From assembly GCA_039621445.1 (NCBI GenBank), contig CP154954.1:39331816-39395815 (forward strand): 64,000 bases of DNA. The letters are read 5' to 3'. This document shows positions 38,561-50,510 of the stretch, piece after piece. The position numbers were made by a program, and so were the translations under genes. The notes under the pieces were generated by a model. The model did not search any database. It was not told the origin of the DNA and saw only the letters and a program-made list of their open reading frames with translations. Source of the DNA: Euglena gracilis (Eukaryota). Each line of letters begins with the position of its first letter. Position 1 is the stretch's first letter.

Positions 38561-40123
38561 TTGCGTCATTGCGGGAAAAAAAAACATCAAGCCGGACTAA
38601 AACTTCGGGAAATGCCAATTGAACGTCAATGACAAACTTAGGAGAAAACAAACAACAAAAAACCAAAAATGTGGCAAAACCACCACCAAAGGGGACGCCC
38701 GGCAGACTGCTGCGGCAACGCTGGCCACCTTCTCCGCTGCGGCACGGCAGAAGGGGAAGGTCTGGTGGGCGGGGGTCGCCCCCCCCCAACCAATTTTGGG
38801 AAAACGGAAATTTTGGCCGGGGAAAACTGTTGAAATGCATGCTTTTTAGGTGAAGACAACAATTTTTCACAAAAATACTGGAAAAACATGGTTCAGAAAC
38901 TGGTACTTTTTGGAAAGGGGTTGAAAGAAACGAAAGACAAAAAAAAGTGAAGAAAAGCTTGGCACAATCAAATTTCACTGAGATTTATTCTCTTAAAAAA
39001 AATTTGGGATCCAGATATTGGTGCTCCTTGAAGTACAAGAAGGCGGCGGAGGGGGGGAGGAACCATCCACCGACCACCCTGGCTGTTTTGGCCGATTCCG
39101 GTTCTGCCCTACGCCGCCCTGCCGGCCCCCCGCGTCGATGCGGTGGCGGCGGCGGTGGAAGGGGGGGGAGGGTGTGGGCCGCCGGCGACGCGGGGACGTC
39201 CTCGCCCTGCACACCACCAAAGGAGTGACGGGGGGCACTGGTTCTCTGGGACGCAATGGCAAAAATGCCCTCCCGCCCGCCTGGTGCGAAACGCAAAATT
39301 ACTGAACATATGTTTCTTTTTGCCCCAGAAACAACGGGCAAATTGTGGGACGGGGATTGCCTCAATGCCAAGAACTTGGGGGGGGAGTGCCAAAATGTTG
39401 GACCAGCTGACCCCCCCAAACCCCATTAGCACAGGGTTCAACGGGCCACAAAAATGAAATCTTGGTAATTTTTTCTGTGTTAATCAGGGTGGGGGCGTGA
39501 TGGTCGTGGCCAGATTGCCCCAATGCCAAGAACTGGGGGGTGCCAAAAAAAAGGTGCCCAGCCCCCGGGCCCCGGTCGGCTGGGTTCCCCACCACCATAA
39601 CCGCTATTTTTGCCGGAACCGTTTGAACAAATGCCCCAAGGGCAATTGGGGGGGGGGGTCAATTGGGGGCAAACAGAAAAATGGCAATCGGTGAACTGGA
39701 TGAAATACTGGATCATTTTCAAGTGTGAGATTGAGGCAAATTTTCCAGGAAATGAACAGAAAAGATGTGGGTATTGGAAATTCGATCGAAGGGTGCAGAG
39801 GGGGTTGAGGTGTGCTCTTGCCCAAGGATGAGAGGTTAGCGAACATCCTCCACAGGGTTTTCCTTTTCCAGTTATCCCTCAGGGGAACGGCATCAAAAGC
39901 TTTATGACACATTTCACAAGATTTTGGTTCCCGACCAGGCTTTTGCTTAAGGACCCCCCGGGGGGGGTACCGGCTAGCCAATCGACAATACACTGGAAAA
40001 AGTGGACTAGCTAGACCCGCTCCCCCCGAGGGGGGGGGGTCCGGGGGTCCCCCGGACTGGAAAAATGAGGTTTTTAACAGGTTTTTGGCTGACTTTGTTC
40101 CACAAATTCCCATTCAAAAAATG

Positions 40124-42911
40124 CCGCAGTTGGAGGAGCGACTTTCCCGTTTGGAGGAGAAAACCTGCTATTATGACGCGAATCAGGTTGGATTATCCAA
40201 TCTGAGCGCGAAAGTCGCAAAAATGGCACAACGGCAGGAATCCCTGCAGTTGCAGTTGCAGTCCGACGTTGGCGGGATTAACTCGGCCATTGCGGGTTTG
40301 CAACAAAGCTATTCCGCAATTTCCCACCGAGTCCCGGACAAAGCGGTATTCAGACTGCTATTGGGGAACTCCAGACCCGGTATGCATCGGTGTCTACCAA
40401 AATTATGGAAATGCAGTCTTTGCCTGCAGGTTCCATTTCACGGATTACCGAGAACCCTGATTTCAAGGCATTTTATGACAAAATGCTCACTGACAATCAG
40501 GAAACTTTGCAAGATTTCTGCAACAGCCTATTACGGCTTGAGGAATCGGTGAATCGGAATGCCCGATCCACGCAAGGTGAGATTACCAGGTTGGATGAGC
40601 GAATTTACGCGTTTCTGGATAAGCCACAACCCGGAAATTTGCCTGTGGGTAGCACAACCCCGGTATCGGATAACCCTACACCGGTTGCACCCACTACCAC
40701 ACCATCCAAGGTAACACCACCTTTGCAGATTCTCTCAACAGCTGTAAAAGCATTAACGGGACAACTCCAACTATTGGATGAGTCTCACGGGAAACTTGTC
40801 CAAGATGTCACCGGAATTTCCGAAAGGATTCTGCACACAGATGATTTTTCCTGTGACCGCAAGCGTATTCGCGCTTTGGAGGATGAGGTTGACCGTATTT
40901 GCGGCCAACTCCAGCTCGTTGAGCATTTGGAGCAAAGTGGGCATCACATGTGTGTCGCGTTGGATAATGTGTCCAACCAACAGCGGGTTCCACATCGTGA
41001 TTCGACAGTATGCATTTCCGAAGACGCGCCGAATGTTCCAGAGTCGCGCCACACCCACACCCCGACTCCAGGTGCACATGCACCACCACCACCCGTGTCC
41101 CACGTGTCACAATCCGCGATTCCGCGAATTGTGCCACCATTGGCCTTGCCCACAACCCAAACCTAGTTTTCGGATGAACATCCCATTACGGGAACCGAAT
41201 TTTCGGAAAAAACGGCGATTCCGCCAAGTCTCCACCAAGAAATACATCATTCCATGCTTGTGCGTGGGATGAGCCAAACCCGTACACCGGGAGTGGGTCA
41301 CATGTTGTATGCGCGACATACCCCCACACCGGAGTGTCCCCCTATTACGGGTTACCAACAGGGTTTGCGACCGGATATCCGGTACCAGGATTCACCTTCA
41401 CCAGAAATTTCGCGATTCCGACAAGAATCCGGACAGGATACGCTTGGTGCTCGAGCGTACCCAGGCCCAAAACCGCGGAATACCACCGAGGGTCGTTGGG
41501 TTTCTCAGAAAGACTTCAAAGGCACCATCGCAATCGCGAACAAGGTGAAACCCCAATGGGATGGTGATCCAACCACATGGAGACAGTTTTTTCCGGGACT
41601 GGGTGTACTACTGGGCATTGAAGGGGCCAACCCAGGACCCAAACCCGGAGGTGATCAAGATGGAATTCATCGATTGCCTCCCAAGGGTTGAGAAGGAGCG
41701 CGCGCGACAACTCGTCATTCGCTACCGCGTTTCCTTTGATGACGTTGTAGAGCAATACGCTTCCACCAGCTCAAGTTTGGTCGCTAGGATCACCCTAGAG
41801 ACCAAGTGGCGGCAATGCGCCCCACCCGATCGCAAGTGGAAGTCCATTGACCTTTGGTATACCAAATGGTTAGGACTTGGCAAATGCACGAACAGTTTGA
41901 CGCTGTTCTCATGCATTTCACGCCTAGCCTCCTCAAGGATATCCATATCCTTGAACGCTGGATATCCATATCCACCAACGCTGGAATTACGTTTCCAAGC
42001 AGTTGAAGCTAACACAGCTTCTTGGTCACATTCAATCCGCGTATACCGTACACCCAACCGCGGGATTACCGGCTGGTTCAGTGAACGCATTGCAAAAATC
42101 ACCGGTTTCACCCACTTCACCAAACACGGTATCGAAAACGTGATACCCGCGTTCTTCGGACCAAGCCACGGATAAAGTGTGCTTTCTGTGCAACAAATCG
42201 GGGCATATGTCTCAGGAATGTCCTAACCCTGAAGCACAAAAGCGTGGTCAGAGTCCGCGAGGCTCGACCTCATCACGGGGTTTGAATTCCTCCGCGTTTT
42301 CACGCCAATCGGGCAATTCACGGTCATCGGGTCCCCGTTCCGGTGGTATTAGCCCCCGGATCCCGTTCCGCGATGAGCGGAAACACGGTACCCCTCGGGG
42401 CAGGTCACCCGGTGCCCCTGCCAAGAAGCGTGATTCTTATCGCGAGACATCGCGATCGCGTTCGCGAAGCGGATCATCCTCTTCGCGATCCTCATTGGGA
42501 AAACCCCGATACACCGGTCATGGTCGACGGGATACCCGGTCACCACGACGGTTTGACGGGAAATCGGGAAACCGATCCCCCCCCGTTCCAGATTCGCGAC
42601 ACAAATCTCAGTGTTCGCTTTGTGGATCGAGTGGTCACCACTCATCCAAGTGTCCGCGTTCTCGTTCTCCCCGCCCTAGCCAACGTCATCGCGGTATGAA
42701 TCGCGGTGACAAGGGTCATTCCTCCAACCGCCATAAAGTCGGTTTCAAGATATCTTGTTTGGAGGATGACACCCCGGCTTCGGGCAGGGAGGGGGATGAG
42801 ACCACGGATACCGATTTCGACGAGGCCCGCATGGCGGTGCACACGTTGAAATCCGTTTACACCTCTAAAAGGCCCGTAGCCGGCTATTCGGCCGGTCCGG
42901 ACCAGGAGTAG
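40124..42911 (+). pseudogene. gag: gag of copy C (partial)
   Basis: Same two CCHC knuckles (ORF 42177..42911); ends at TAG 42909-42911. Confidence 0.85.
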
Positions 42912-45900
42912 GGGAGTCCGAGGTCCGAGGGCACAAACCTGTGGGCTGATGAACAGATGGAGGTAGGACCTGATCAACCCTGCCCCCCCGGGTACCGACC
43001 TTACTGGTCGGTACCCGGAAAATTTTCGGGTCCCCCACCCCCCACTCCAACTTTCCGCTCGGAATGTTGTGCAAAGTCGGAAAGGGTTCACGGGAAAGCT
43101 GGCAAGAAAACGTATTTTCGCCAGAACCTTCACTTTGCTTACCCCCCATGGAACTTTTGGCCCAAGCGGAAATCAGAAGCCAAAATTTTTGTGCAAAAGT
43201 CAAAATTCTCATTGACACTGGTTGTCGCATTGCACTACTTTTTCGGTACGGGTTGATACCAACACCCCCCCTTGGTGAAAGCCAAGAAGCGGATCAAAAT
43301 TACAACGGCTGACAACACCCCCATGTGCGATGGTGACTTGGGATGCATTTTGGACTTAGTCCTACCCCTCATCCCCAAGCACCACTCACACCCCCCCAAC
43401 CACAAAATTTTCCGGATACCTGGGGATAAGAATCCGGAATGCATGGGTCTGACGTAATTCTGGGATGCCCCTTTTTACGTCAGCACCGGCTGGTAGTGGA
43501 TTGCCACTCCAACGGTTTCCCCCCCCCCCACCACCCCCCCCCCCAACCCCCCCCCCCCCCTCATCACCTGTGGCGTCAACCACGACAGCCACCAATTTTT
43601 CCACACCGTTTTCGAAAACTTTTTCCCCCGTTACCAACCACACCTACCAACGTTTTCCACACCGGGTGTACCGAGAAAGTTCACCCCCTGCACACTGACA
43701 CACCAACTTCCGTTCCCCATGAGGCAGGGCAAGCAAGTAGCGGTAGCCCTCGTTCCACTGGGTTACAAGACGAAATCCCAAAGGCCTAAAGTGATCACGG
43801 TGTCGAGTAGTCGCCCAGGTGCACCAATACCCCGTTTTCTGCCAGATGTATCGCTTTCAGATACACCTGTACGCCCCCCAGCAGCTACACAAGCGCAACC
43901 CAACTTTTACACACAACCCCACCAGACCAACATGCGCGACCAGGACCACTACTCCGACACTTCCTACCAATGTGTGCACTGTAGGAGAATTTCCGCCCAG
44001 CGAGATTTCGATTGTGGATGTTTAGTCCAAACATCAACACTAATCCCGATTTCGCGAACCCATACACTTGGTTGCGGATCGCAATGCGCGACCGAACATC
44101 AAGTGCTGCAACAACGAGGTATTGCCTTGTTGTTTGGGACCGCGAAATCCGTGTCGCACACCTCCCCCACCTCCATCTGGCATGTTATGGACTGGGTATG
44201 CACCCATCCAACCCATCATTCCTTGGGAATGCCCCTTAGGAGTGTGGATGACACACCCTTGGCCTATGTTTGCGGATCCCTGAATTGCATTACCGCTCTT
44301 CAACCCGCGAACCAGGTTGACACACACGCGATGCGCGTATGGAACGCATTCAATTTTGGTCAATACCGTATTCTGGAGGAATGTTTCTCCAAAATCGCGG
44401 TTTTGGCCGATTCCTTCGCTTTATTGTTGAAAATTTATGCGTTTTTATCACAAGCGCACGCGCGCTTGTCGCGATATTGGTCGCGACACTTCAACGCATT
44501 TCTTAAGTTTTGGGATGATACGGTGCTTTGGTTGAACCCTCCCCCTACACTTTTTCCGGATGTGGTGGGAAAATGCTCCGCGATGAAACGCGAGGAGCTC
44601 TCCTCACACCCGCCAATCCGAATGCGCATTGGTTTCACCAATTCTCCTATGTATGTTTTCATTGGTGGGATTTACCCGCTGATGTACCACTATTCGAGGA
44701 TTTTTGTGGTATATTATTACCACCTGTTAAAGAAATCATTTTTGGCGTTTGTTTCTTCGACGCATTCGGAATATCCGATTTGCGTGTGCCAAGATACCTT
44801 GGTACCAGTAGGGATGCCACACCCTCAACGCAGATTTCTGCGGTTATTGAGAGTGCGGACCAACACCCCAAGTCTGCTGACTATTGTTCGCGAATTACTC
44901 GCGAATTCCATGGTGTACTGGATAACCCAGTTTACGCCTGCGACATCGACCCCGCGATTCGCGGTCCGTTCGGTGTTTGCAAAATCGAGCTCAAGGATGG
45001 CGCTGAGCCCATGCACCGGAAATTCTTCCGTTGTTCGGTTAAACGCGAACAAGCTCTCAACGAGATGATTGAGAAGCTCATCCAGCGGAAGTGGATTATC
45101 CCTTCCAAGAGCGAATGGACATCACAAGCTTTTGTGGTGCCCAAACCCACTGACCAGTCTGGTCAGAAGAAGTGCAGGCTGGTGCTGGATTACCGGTACC
45201 TGAACTCCCAAACGAAGGATGACCTCTTCCCGTTACTGCTGATCGAGGATTTGATCACCAAACAATCGGATAACCGGTTGTGGTCAATCTTTGATGTAGA
45301 AGACGGTTTTCATCAGATGCACTTGCACCCTTACTCACAACCGTACACGGCATTCGTGACATCCAAGGGTGTGTACCAATGGACGGTACTCCCCATGGGT
45401 GTTAAGAATGGCCCAGCCATGTTTCGACGCATGATCCAGTGGGTTTTTTCGCGAATTACCGTTTGCTCTGGTGTACATCGATGATGTACTGGTGGGAACC
45501 CCACCGCCATCCGCGAAATCGGGCAAGGATATCCTCGATCCGCATTATCGCGATGTGCGGGCGGTATTATCCGCGTTCAAAAAGCACGTGCTTTTTGTCA
45601 AGGGTTCCAAAATGCACCTGTTTCGCAAAATTATTAAGTTTTGCGGGCATATCCTGAGCAACGGGCAGCGTAAAGCTGCACCCAGCAAGATGGAGGCCAC
45701 TAAGAAATGGACTCCTGAGGTCATTCAGACCTTAACGCATTTAAAGGGATTTTTGGGATTAGCCCAATACTACGCGATTTACATGACAGATTTCGCGAAA
45801 ATTGTGGTACCCCTAACCCGACAACTTAACAATCGGACACCCGATAACGCAAAAGTCATTTGGGATGACCAAATGCGCGAGGCCTTGAATAAAATCAAGG

Positions 45901-48044
45901 ACTTGCTCCTCGAGAACGTGGTTCTCGATATCGCGGATCCATACAAACCGTACGTGCTGGAGGTCGACAGCAGCGATTACGCTGTTGGCGGTGTTCTTAG
46001 CCAGCATAATGCGGCAAATGAACTCCGACCTGTGGCTCTCTTCAGCAGGAAGCTACAGTGCGACAATGGGAAAGGACAGGTTAAATGGAGCATTCGCGAA
46101 AAGGAGACATATGCCATTGTGCTAATTCTCCAGAAATTCCGCAGCTGGATAGCCAGCAGCCTGGTCCAGATACTGGTGTTGACAGATCATGAGAGCCTTC
46201 AACACTGGTATACCGAGGACCTGAACAAGGCCATGTCATCAGTGGGCAGAAGATGCCGATGGCATGAGTTCTTGAGCCAGTTTAACCTGGTGGTAGTATA
46301 TATCCCAGGTCATACGCAAAAAGTGGCGGATCCTCTCAGCCGAGCCCCCTGGTATTATCCTGGGAACCCGGATGAGGGTGATGCGACTTTTCATGGCAGC
46401 CATGAGGCTGACCAGTTCGCACGTCGATCCGGCGCTGCCGACAACATGCTCGATTCACTACCCGTTTCCCGGGTGTATCGAAGCGTCGCCATTTCACCAT
46501 TGCGTGGAAGGCGCCGGCGTGGACGCACACTGCCGGACCCCGTCACATTACGCTTACGGAAACTCCTACCCCCCTATTTTTCCGCGAATGGGATTATTCG
46601 CGCGACCCTGTATATAGTACCATTGTGAATAGACTCCGTAATGGTGAATCCATAGAGAACTACTCTCTATCACCATTGCGACTTTTTTTCCGGAATGATT
46701 CTGGTTATAAATATTGTATACCCCAAGACCTGGTTGATGATGTGATTTTGAGCTATCACAACCATGGTCACCCTGGGGCCCCCAAACTTCTTTCACTGGT
46801 GGGTCGCAGGTATTGCACAACCCTGAGTGAAAAAGATTTATATTCGCGCTGTTTGCGAATTTCGCAGCGGTGCCCAATTTGTCAGGCTGTGAAATCGCGC
46901 AGAGGCACCCCCCCTGGTACGATAGATTTTTTCCCTGTACCACCGGACATTTTTACGTCACTCTGCATGGATTTTCTGGAACTTGAACCTTGCAAACTAT
47001 CAGATGACAAAGTTTACGATTACGTTTTCGTTGTTGTCTGTCGGCTGAGTGGGTACATAGTAGCCATTCCATGCCGGAAAGAAGGGTTGACAGCCCAAAT
47101 TTTGGCATCCATATTCCTGGAGAAATGAATCTGCTTAATGGGTTTACCGAAAGAAATAGTGAGTGATCAAGATCACTTGATCTCGTCGCGGTTTTTCACA
47201 ACTTTGTGCGGTTTACTCGGCATTGAGCAGCATTTGTCCATTATATACCGCCCGAAAGGCAACGGTGGAGCTGAGGCAGCCGTGAAATCCGTTGTCAATA
47301 TGCTACGCCTTTCACTGGCTGACTCGGGTAAGAATTCGATACCCATTCTTCATTGGTGTTTATTTTACATCAATACCTTGCCAGGGTTGGTATTACCACA
47401 CTCACCGTATAAAATTGTTTTCGGACGAGACCCTCCGGCCATAGGAGATATCCCCTCGGAGAGACCCGCCCGAAGTAGTGTTAGCTGTGAAACGTGGTTT
47501 GCAGAAGTGGAATCAACTCCGCTCTGCAGTCCAATCACGTATCACAGAAATTCATTCCAACAAACGGAAATCGTTTTTACAAAATTTCAACACACCTGTG
47601 TATAGTCCAGGTGACCGCGTGTGGGTACGGAATAACCGCACCCGCATGCAATCTTCCAAGCTACATCCTCTTTGGCTCGGCCCATGCGAAATTTTGAACA
47701 GGTTAGGAAGTAGCGGGCGATGTAACGTTGCCTTGCCCAACGGGATTGAGGACGTCCATATGGACGATTTCAAACCGTACCTAAACCCCCTAGACGGAAA
47801 AGCTATCCCCTGCTTATATTTCAAGCCCCGTTCCAGATTACCTGAAACGGACGACTTTGTGGTCGATAAGATAATAGACCACAAGGTCGACAGGGGTGTG
47901 CACTACTGGAAAGTTCGCTGGAAAGGGTATGGGCCAGAGGAGGACACTTGGGAGCCAGCATCCAGTTTTTTTGGATATATCCAGCAGGATTGGAAGCTGT
48001 GAAACAAGCGCAATAACATAGACATAAACATTAACACTTTCTGA
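42912..48044 (+). pseudogene. pol: pol of copy C (protease, MTase-like, RT, RNase H, integrase, chromodomain; disrupted)
   Basis: KILIDTGCRIALL, WLNPPP, YIDD, RNase H, HHCC/DDE and chromodomain motifs in ORFs 43064 to 48002. Confidence 0.93.
44358..44762 (+). other. Dam-like MTase domain in pol of copy C
   Basis: QYRILEECF..IYAFLSQAHARL..NAFLKFWDDTVLWLNPPP; one frameshift at ~44570. Confidence 0.7.
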
Positions 48045-48579
48045 AACGATTTCGTTTTGGAGAATGTGTGTGTTTTATGTGAATGTTACGCGTTTATACC
48101 CCCCGGGGCAAATGCAGTCGCCGGCAGTTGGTTTTGTAGAGTAAAACTTTCCTGTTGCGTGGTCAGATTTGACTGGCCAAGCGCCCTGCCCAAATTTGAC
48201 TGGTCAGCGGCCCCCTCCTTCCAAACCCTCCCCATGGGTTTTCCTGGAACGCCCATGGACCCAACCCCAAGTGCCTCTGGCACACCCAAACTGGGTGGAT
48301 GGGTTTGCCTGGCAACGAAACCTGCCAGCCCCATTTTCCCCAGTGGGCTATAATATACTATACACCCATAAGCCACCGCAGAATAGGTGAAACCATTTTG
48401 CGCGTTTTGGGCTTTTGGGTCACCTTCCCCCCCCCCTTTTGAGTGGACCCCTGTGCGACAGAAAGGGCCCCTGTGGATGCGATAGGGTGCACCTCCAGCA
48501 GACCAGGTCCGTTTCCGAAATCCCTGTGGCCAGAATGCCTGGTCCAAAGGGGAATTCGGGCATAGCCCTTGGAGGGAGA

Positions 48580-48898
48580 TGTGTACCAGGCGTATGCTTC
48601 TGTCCCCTTCCGTTGAGGAAGTTAGGATGGAAGCAGATCCTATTAGGATCTCCTAATGGGTGCCCCTTCTTTCTGTACAGGTCCCCCTAATGGGTGCCCC
48701 TTCTTCTTATACCTTTTCCTTCCTTTTCCTTGGACCGGACTTGGATTTTCAGTCCGTCCTCCCCACATTGCTCCGTGCTTTGCTTCTTGGGAAGTGGGAA
48801 AAGGGTTTTCACTGTTACTCTTATTTTCAGTCCCCAAGTAGGTGCGACAAGGCGAAAGCGAAGGATTTTGGGGAAGGGGAATTCGGAATCAGACGTAC
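48580..48898 (+). repeat. 3' LTR of copy C (first)
   Basis: tgtgtaccagg...cagacgtac, preceded by PPT ggagggaga. Confidence 0.85.
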
Positions 48899-49287
48899 CC
48901 AGGTTTAACTTGCGAGGGGCAAACTCATTCCACACCCTCCCGGGTTTTCCTGGAATGCCCATCGAACCAACCCCACGTGCCTTGGCCACACCTAACCTGG
49001 GTGGAGGGTTTGCGTGGCAAGGAAACCTGCCTGCCCCGCTTTCCCCATTGGGCTATAATATACTATACAACAATAAGCCCCAGCAAAGTAGGTGAAACCA
49101 TTTTGCGCGTTTTGGGATTTAGGGTCTTCCTCCTTTCTGCCCCCTCCCTGAGTAGTCCCCTGTGCGACAGAAAGGGCCCCAGTGGATGGGCAAGGTTGCA
49201 CCTCCCACCGACAAGGTCTGTGTCTGAAATCCCTGTGGCCAGAATGCCTGGTCCAAAGGAGAAATCGGGCATAGCCCTGGGAGGGGA

Positions 49288-49595
49288 TGTGTACCAGGCG
49301 TATGATTCTGTCCCCTTCCGTTGAGGAAGTTAGGATGGAAGCAGACCCTATTAGGATTTCCTAATGGGTGCCCCCTCTCTCTCCATAGGTGGTATTCTTT
49401 ATTCTGGTTTGTCTTTCCTTTTCTCCGGACCGGACTTGGATATCCACTCCGTCCTTCCTGCATTGCTCCCTGCTTTGTTCTTGGGAAGTGGGAAAAGAGT
49501 TTTCACTGTTACTCTAATTTTCAGTTTCCAAGTAGGTGCGACAAGGCGAAAGTGAAGGCTTTTTGGAAACATGAATTGAAGACCAGACGTATACT
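49288..49595 (+). repeat. 3' LTR of copy C (second)
   Basis: tgtgtaccagg...cagacgtatact, preceded by PPT gggagggga and a second 3'UTR copy. Confidence 0.85.
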
Positions 49596-49599
49596 GATT

Positions 49600-50510
49600 G
49601 CCCCATGTCCCACGAGAGTGCTCACACAATTCTCCACTCGCTCGGTGTCCGAAGCTTGTTCCCTTGCAGCCGCGGACCTAGTTCTCAGGGCTGGTTGCGG
49701 TACGCCAGGCAACGCAGTCTCCTCCCAACTTTCAATGACGGCCCGTTGAAGGTACAACCTGGCGCGCTCAGCGACCTTGCGGCCAACCTGTGCCCTATGG
49801 TCTTTCCCCCCGCGCTTTAGTGGGCAAAGCTCTGCCGTTTGAAATGCCTAAAGATGATGCAGGGACACCAGTCAGCACTTGCATTTAAGTTGCGGAGGAG
49901 GGTGATGTAGGTGCACGTGACTCGCACAACGGCACCACAGGGGACGTGGACCAGCGTCGGCACGCTGTCCAGTTCAAAAAAAGGTGACAAGGTTGCTCCG
50001 CCATGTGTGAATGCACACGGGGGGAACCTGACCAATCGCCGCAGAGGAGTGCCTCGGACGCCTTGTAGCCAAGGTATTCATGCACCTCCAAGCCATCACG
50101 CAGACCCTCAAAGACCTCAGTCCTATGCAAAGCGGAGTATGGGTAGCCTCACCGCAATTGGCGTGCAACAGATGACCGATGACCTCTTCCGCAAGAATGA
50201 GGATCGTTGGTGCCTTTTAAAAATAGACCTAAGCAACGCGTTAAACAGCCTCCTCCGCAGTTCCGCATTAGACAGTGTCCGTCCGAGACGTCCTGCTGCG
50301 ATGCCATGGGTCGAAACTTGCTACAGCCAACATTCCCATCTATTTTGTGGCAAGAAAATGCTCACTTCGGCCAGAGTCGCCCAACACGGAGACCCGTGTG
50401 GCCCAGCTCTGTTGGCCTGGGGCCTGCAAGATGTCCTGGAAGAGCTGTCTGCAAACGTCGAACGGCAGGGATGGTACTTGGATGAAGGCCGTCTCCTGGG
50501 TTCGCCGCTT
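49600..50510 (+). pseudogene. CRE/SLACS-like non-LTR retrotransposon RT, N-terminal part
   Basis: LLKIDLSNALNS (DxxNAFN), QHGDPCGP (QGDPLGP), WYLDEGRLLGS (YLDDG). Confidence 0.8.

Larger units (their letters stand above)
40124..49595 (+). mobile_element. Copy C of the LTR retrotransposon (5'-truncated, lacks accessory ORF, duplicated 3'UTR-LTR)
   Basis: Inverted homolog of 26380-34385, then of 19494-20289. Confidence 0.93.
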
